Below are positions 56,442-60,674 of a stretch of DNA of 60,674 nt, in pieces; positions within the stretch are counted from its first letter, which is position 1, and every line of letters begins with the position of its first letter. Under the pieces are notes generated by a model. It was not told the origin of the DNA. It ran no database searches and saw only the letters and a list, made by a program, of their open reading frames with translations. A program made the translations under genes and the position numbers. This DNA is from Candidatus Parvarchaeota archaeon (GTDB lineage: Archaea; Nanobdellota; Nanobdellia; Parvarchaeales; Parvarchaeaceae), in contig JAGDXU010000003.1 of assembly GCA_023269965.1 (NCBI GenBank), positions 1-60,674 on the forward strand, in the 5' to 3' direction.

Positions 56442-57547
56442 ACAATCTCAATGATCGTGTATACAAAACCCAAGACCATGATTATTACGGTGAATGCCAG
56501 TGATATGTTCCCTCCAAAAACAGAGTATACTGTACTTATACCTTCTTTCTTTCTACTGATATACACCGCCAATAATACGGATATAGACAGTAAGGATAGG
56601 AACACGCCGCCTATTATGTTTATTATATTTGCAAAACCGAAGTTAAAGGCGGCTATTATGACTGGAAGCAGAACAGCTATCAACGCGCTTGTAAACCTGT
56701 TAACCTTAAAATCATAATAGAATGTGTCTGTTATAACAAGACCCATCGCCAAAAGAGGGGTTATCAGCATGAAGATAGTAGTCAGTAGAAAAAGCACGTT
56801 CAAGTACCCAGTTGCGGCATAATTAGTTGCCACCTGTGGGACACTGTTACCGAATGCCCCTAAGAATGAGAAAGAGAATAGAATGTATATTGATATTGAT
56901 ATAAGAAATGACACCAAAATCACTTTGACAAGCCTATTAACATCCCCCGACACTTCCTGCTTTATCTCTGGTATAACGGTGTAAGCTGTCAATGAGAAGA
57001 GGATTACACCGAAAGGTGAGAATATCTCCATTAGATTGGAGTGCATTATATTGTCGATGTTTATGTAATGAAGCACGGCAATCGAGACTACTATAAGTAT
57101 AATTATCTTTACAAAGAGGAGCGGTGTCTCAGACTGCTCGACGGCATTGAATCCTTTCAATATCAACGGAAAACTCAAGATGAAGAGCACTAAAAGCGAC
57201 AGGTAATATGGTATACCAAACAGCATTGATAAGGCAGACCCAAGTCCGATAAAGTACGCTATAAGCGCGCCTATTATCGTGACGAACTGCAGAACTAAGA
57301 CTAGCCCTTTGAACTTCTTTCCAAGCGAATCGCCTATCAATATAGGCAGCTGGTGCATCTTCTTCGATCTTAAAGACAGCTCCGCAGTGTATAAAGTTAT
57401 AAGGATAGAAGCGACCCCGATCACTACAAGCATCAGCAACCCGTAGAAGAAACCAGATTTTGACATAGCGTATGGAAGAGCGAGTATTCCTCCGCCAACT
57501 AGTGTGCCGACAACCGTGCTAACTGCAGCCAAGAAATTTTTATCCAT
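56438..57547 (-). CDS. Amino acid transporter (Aa_trans / aromatic amino acid permease-like)
   Basis: The N-terminus is VVGTLVGGGILALPYAMSKSGFFYG. It has about 11 TM segments. Confidence 0.6.
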   Translation of the reverse strand: MDKNFLAAVSTVVGTLVGGGILALPYAMSKSGFFYGLLMLVVIGVASILITLYTAELSLRSKKMHQLPILIGDSLGKKFKGLVLVLQFVTIIGALIAYFIGLGSALSMLFGIPYYLSLLVLFILSFPLILKGFNAVEQSETPLLFVKIIILIVVSIAVLHYINIDNIMHSNLMEIFSPFGVILFSLTAYTVIPEIKQEVSGDVNRLVKVILVSFLISISIYILFSFSFLGAFGNSVPQVATNYAATGYLNVLFLLTTIFMLITPLLAMGLVITDTFYYDFKVNRFTSALIAVLLPVIIAAFNFGFANIINIIGGVFLSLLSISVLLAVYISRKKEGISTVYSVFGGNISLAFTVIIMVLGFVYTIIEIV

Positions 57548-57683
57548 ACTAATTTAGATTAGAGGCAAATGCAATATTTAACTCTGTATTGGAACTAATC
57601 TGACTAGATTATTCAAGTGATATTCTGCATGGGAATAATGCCTGTCAATTATTAATATTCGACTTTCAATAATATCTATAGCT

Positions 57684-57756
57684 GCTCCTATAGTCTAGCG
57701 GCCAAGGACAGTGGCCTCTCGAGTCACAGACCCGGGTTCAAATCCCGGTGGGAGCA
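57684..57756 (+). tRNA. tRNA-Glu (anticodon CTC), no encoded CCA
   Basis: It reads GCTCCTA-TA-GTCTAGCGGCCAAGGAC-A-GTGGC-CTCTCGA-GTCAC-AGAC-CCGGG-TTCAAAT-CCCGG-TGGGAGC-A. Confidence 0.85.
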
Positions 57757-57893
57757 AGTAGATAAGTGGTTAATACCATTTATTAAAACTATTTGAGGTG
57801 ATATATATCCCATTTCAGTTCATTTGTCTACATACTGGACCGAATCGGAAAACATTAAAAACCTAGCCAGAAACAAAATTAATTGTATAATCT

Positions 57894-58925
57894 CTAATTA
57901 TAATTGAAATCTCCGTTTTTTCCAAAAGGAATCTTATGTTGATATCTATAATTAACCAGGAATTTAAATACATCTATGCCCTTTAAGTCCCAATTAAAAT
58001 GTTTTGTTAAGTTTTCTACATACTCATCATTATCAAAGCCCAAGTAATTTGTAATGCCATTCTCTAATATTTCTCTTGATATTTTAATTCTTAGATTTTG
58101 TTCTTCTTTTGGTAGACTTTTAAAGTATCTTAGCTTAGCGAGGTTGTATTTAAGCCACATTGCTCGCTCTTTAAAACTACTTAATCCCTTCGTTTTCAGA
58201 TTTTTGATTTCAAGCACTAAGAACGATATAAACCAATATATATGTATATTCCTAGAAATTGAATCTTCATCCCCATTAAACAATTTCTTTCCAATCTTTG
58301 CTAGTAAACTGTTATTATTTAAAACGAAATTTTTTATATAAAAGTTAGTTAATGGTCTTTCATAACTTTCTATTTCTAAATAGTTTTTAGTGATATAAAC
58401 TCTACCTTCTTTATTTGTTCCATGATCTATTAAATGTATACTCGGTTCAACCAATTTTCCTTTCAGTTTGAATTTTATCCCTTCGTGTATTATACCAGTA
58501 ACTTTATAAACTGAGTCTTTACTGAATAAAACCCAAGGTTTTATGTATCTTTCTTTTTCGTTTAATATATAAAAATCATAGAGAGGGAATGAAAATTTTC
58601 TTTCAATAATAAATTTTATTAAATTTTTATTAGGTTCTTCGTCAGCGTCTAACTTAAATACATATTTTGAGTGGCATTTGTCTATCCCATACTTAATCAT
58701 AGGATCTGAATAACCTGTTGGTAAAACTCTATAGATTTTTACCCTATTTAGTGATTTTGTTTTATTTATTAGTTTTTTGTATTCTAATTTATCAGAGCTG
58801 TCTACAATAACTATCTCGTCAACAGCGTCATAAAGTAAGTAGATGTTTCTTAAAATTCCATCAACTTCATTTCTATTAAACATTAACAAGGATACCGTTT
58901 TTCGATCCGAATTTAGTTTTTGCAT
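57894..58925 (-). CDS. Glycosyltransferase family 2-like protein
   Basis: VSLLMFNRNE...DEIVIVDSSD and KLDADE fit the GT-A DxD architecture. The gene is very AT-rich. Confidence 0.55.
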   Translation of the reverse strand: MQKLNSDRKTVSLLMFNRNEVDGILRNIYLLYDAVDEIVIVDSSDKLEYKKLINKTKSLNRVKIYRVLPTGYSDPMIKYGIDKCHSKYVFKLDADEEPNKNLIKFIIERKFSFPLYDFYILNEKERYIKPWVLFSKDSVYKVTGIIHEGIKFKLKGKLVEPSIHLIDHGTNKEGRVYITKNYLEIESYERPLTNFYIKNFVLNNNSLLAKIGKKLFNGDEDSISRNIHIYWFISFLVLEIKNLKTKGLSSFKERAMWLKYNLAKLRYFKSLPKEEQNLRIKISREILENGITNYLGFDNDEYVENLTKHFNWDLKGIDVFKFLVNYRYQHKIPFGKNGDFNYN

Positions 58926-59046
58926 ATTAAATATAAAACGGCCTTTAATTTATTATTTATAGATTATACAGTATAAAAGCGATATATAAAAATTTATTTA
59001 TTCTTCATATTTTTGATTAAACCCTAGGTTTAATAAATGAGATATA

Positions 59047-59781
59047 TCATATTTTAATTGCCACAAATGTTAATCTTCTGTCTTTTATACTATAATTTTT
59101 AAATGTATACGTTTTGTATATACTAAGCAATCTAAAACCATGCCTTGTAAGTAAAGTTTTAATTTCCTTTGGCCTATAAACTCTAATCTTAATTTTATTC
59201 TTTTCGATTAGTTTTTCCGAGTCGTAGAATAATTCTTCCATTAAAGAGAATCTATTGTCCCTTTTGTTAAGATAATTTATAGTGATCTCTTTTATTTTAT
59301 CATGGTAAGATTCATTTATAATTTTTCCCTTTGAAAGCTTCTGAAGGGTAAGATCACCATTGTATATTTCCATTAATAATAGTCCTCTATTTCTCAGGTT
59401 CCTATTAAAATTATCTAGTGTAATCTCGTTTTCTTTGTCACTCATATAACCAAAAGAAGAGAACCAGTTTATTACAACGTCGAAACTAAAATCGAATGAA
59501 GAACTACGCATGTCCCCAACGAAATAATTACTCTTATACTCTGGATAAGTTTGGATAGCTTTGTTTATTAGTTCATTTGAGATATCAACACCATAAACAT
59601 TATACCCAAGACTTCTTAGAATCTTATGATGCCTGCCGTATCCACAAGGAATATCGAGTAAATTTTTGTAAGTATCATTTAATTGCTTTGAGAATTTATT
59701 CAGTAATCTATTTATATATAATGCGTCTTTTTCGGTTCTGTATTCTACAGTGTCTATGTGCCACCTGTAAAGATCTTCCAT
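59047..59781 (-). CDS. Class I SAM-dependent methyltransferase
   Basis: Motif I is LLDIPCGYGRHHKILRSLGYNVYGVDIS. An acidic loop and post-I motifs follow. Confidence 0.8.
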   Translation of the reverse strand: MEDLYRWHIDTVEYRTEKDALYINRLLNKFSKQLNDTYKNLLDIPCGYGRHHKILRSLGYNVYGVDISNELINKAIQTYPEYKSNYFVGDMRSSSFDFSFDVVINWFSSFGYMSDKENEITLDNFNRNLRNRGLLLMEIYNGDLTLQKLSKGKIINESYHDKIKEITINYLNKRDNRFSLMEELFYDSEKLIEKNKIKIRVYRPKEIKTLLTRHGFRLLSIYKTYTFKNYSIKDRRLTFVAIKI

Positions 59782-59812
59782 TTAATAGATATTATAATTC
59801 TAATATTTATCC

Positions 59813-60400
59813 TTAAATTCTGTTATTTTGATAAGCCTCTATCTTACCATTTTTCACTAAGTAATATTTTATGTTTTTATAATTTGATTCATGCATAAAA
59901 TATCTTATGTTTTCTTCCCTGTCTTCGAATAAATTTACGTGATTATAATTTCTTGCGATCTTTATTAATTCATTTAGTTTCCATTCCTTTTCTGTCAAAC
60001 TTTGGTCTGGAAGCAGTATTAATTGCTTATATCTTAATCCATATGCATTGAGTAGCGACTCCGTTTCTTTTCTTAGAAATTCAGTCCTATAACTTAAAAC
60101 TATTAAATCTATATTCTCTATTTTGCTTAGTATATAAGCCATTACTGGTTCATTTGGTAATAAACTTTTACTGTAGATATCATAAGCTAACTTGTAAATT
60201 TCTCCCCTAAATTTTTGGTCTAAGTTTTTAGGGGTGGCCCCATTTGTTATTATGTATTTTAGCTCACTTATTACCTCATTTATCTTTTGCTTACTTGAGC
60301 GAAAATTCTCTTTTATGTAATTTATTGTATTTGATATCGCTTCATTAGTCAAAAATAAAGTATTATCGAAGTCAGATACTATCGCATATAATTTTTTCAT
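59813..60400 (-). CDS. HAD-superfamily hydrolase-like protein
   Basis: The N-terminal DxDxT motif is IVSDFDNTLF. Length is 195 aa. Confidence 0.6.
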   Translation of the reverse strand: MKKLYAIVSDFDNTLFLTNEAISNTINYIKENFRSSKQKINEVISELKYIITNGATPKNLDQKFRGEIYKLAYDIYSKSLLPNEPVMAYILSKIENIDLIVLSYRTEFLRKETESLLNAYGLRYKQLILLPDQSLTEKEWKLNELIKIARNYNHVNLFEDREENIRYFMHESNYKNIKYYLVKNGKIEAYQNNRI

Positions 60401-60674
60401 TCTAAGTATAACTAACTATTATTTAAATAATCTTATTATCAACAATAATTTAATAATAAATTAATAAATAACAAGGCATGTCAATCTAAGTTTATGGCAG
60501 AAATAAGGGTATTCATAAATGCGGGTTCTCCCCACAGTATAATATTTGAGAGATTATTTACAAAGGCTTAAGATAGATAGCCCTAACTGGCTACAGAAAG
60601 GCTCCTGAACAGCGGTATCTCTAGAAGAGGGATAAACTCTAGGGTGAATGATTAACCTTTTGACATTAATTAAG

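Noticed and set aside
1-60674. CRISPR arrays, cas genes, transposases, integrases, toxin-antitoxin pairs or known defence systems
   Set aside because: I saw no regularly spaced direct repeats and no ORFs with recognisable motifs of these families. The two small PD-(D/E)xK genes lack partner genes.
60401-60674. Non-coding right edge with a possible stem (CCCTA...TAGGG, about 60581-60643) after a very AT-rich spacer
   Set aside because: There is no ORF and no recognisable RNA motif. The window ends too soon to judge whether it is a leader of a downstream RNA or protein gene.

Overview
This 60.7 kb window is a densely coded archaeal chromosome segment with short intergenic gaps and many overlapping start and stop codons.

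**Housekeeping content**
- An spc-type ribosomal protein cluster runs on the minus strand from RNase P protein Rpp29 through uL15, followed by secY and a DUF106/Oxa1-like insertase (11447-20054).
- Other recognisable genes are proteasome beta, aCPSF1 ribonuclease, PCNA, membrane LonB, RIO kinase, CCA-adding enzyme, Lhr-type helicase, ADP-forming acetyl-CoA synthetase, MetRS, EF-1alpha, Pelota and uL16.
- I found four tRNA genes by hand, none encoding CCA: Ser-GCT, an intron-containing CAT tRNA, Asn-GTT and Glu-CTC.
- An SRP (7S) RNA lies under a spurious ORF.

**Main finding**
- A co-directional, tightly coupled five-gene block of about 16 kb on the minus strand (28674-44704) encodes proteins of 831, 269, 196, 1269 and 2783 aa.
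- All five begin with an N-terminal hydrophobic helix.
- Two of them carry recognisable class III (archaeal type IV prepilin-like) signal motifs, RGQ and KGQ.
- The exported parts are Asn/Ser/Thr/Tyr/Pro/Gly-rich, poor in charged residues, and full of N-x-S/T sequons and cysteines.
- The two giant proteins end in the same ~100 aa 'ESGLPS..W.V' type domain, including a 126 bp perfect direct DNA repeat.
- No pilus ATPase, platform protein or prepilin peptidase is visible in the window.
- A further class III signal-peptide gene, missing from the ORF track, runs off the left edge (complement 1-749) and carries a related domain.

**Other observations**
- The right end (about 57780-60480) is a visibly more AT-rich three-gene glyco-modification islet next to tRNA-Glu.
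- I saw no CRISPR array, transposase or integrase.
- The gene content and the surface-protein composition suggest a small-genome, possibly acidophilic archaeon (DPANN/Micrarchaeota-like or Thermoplasmata-like). This is inference only.
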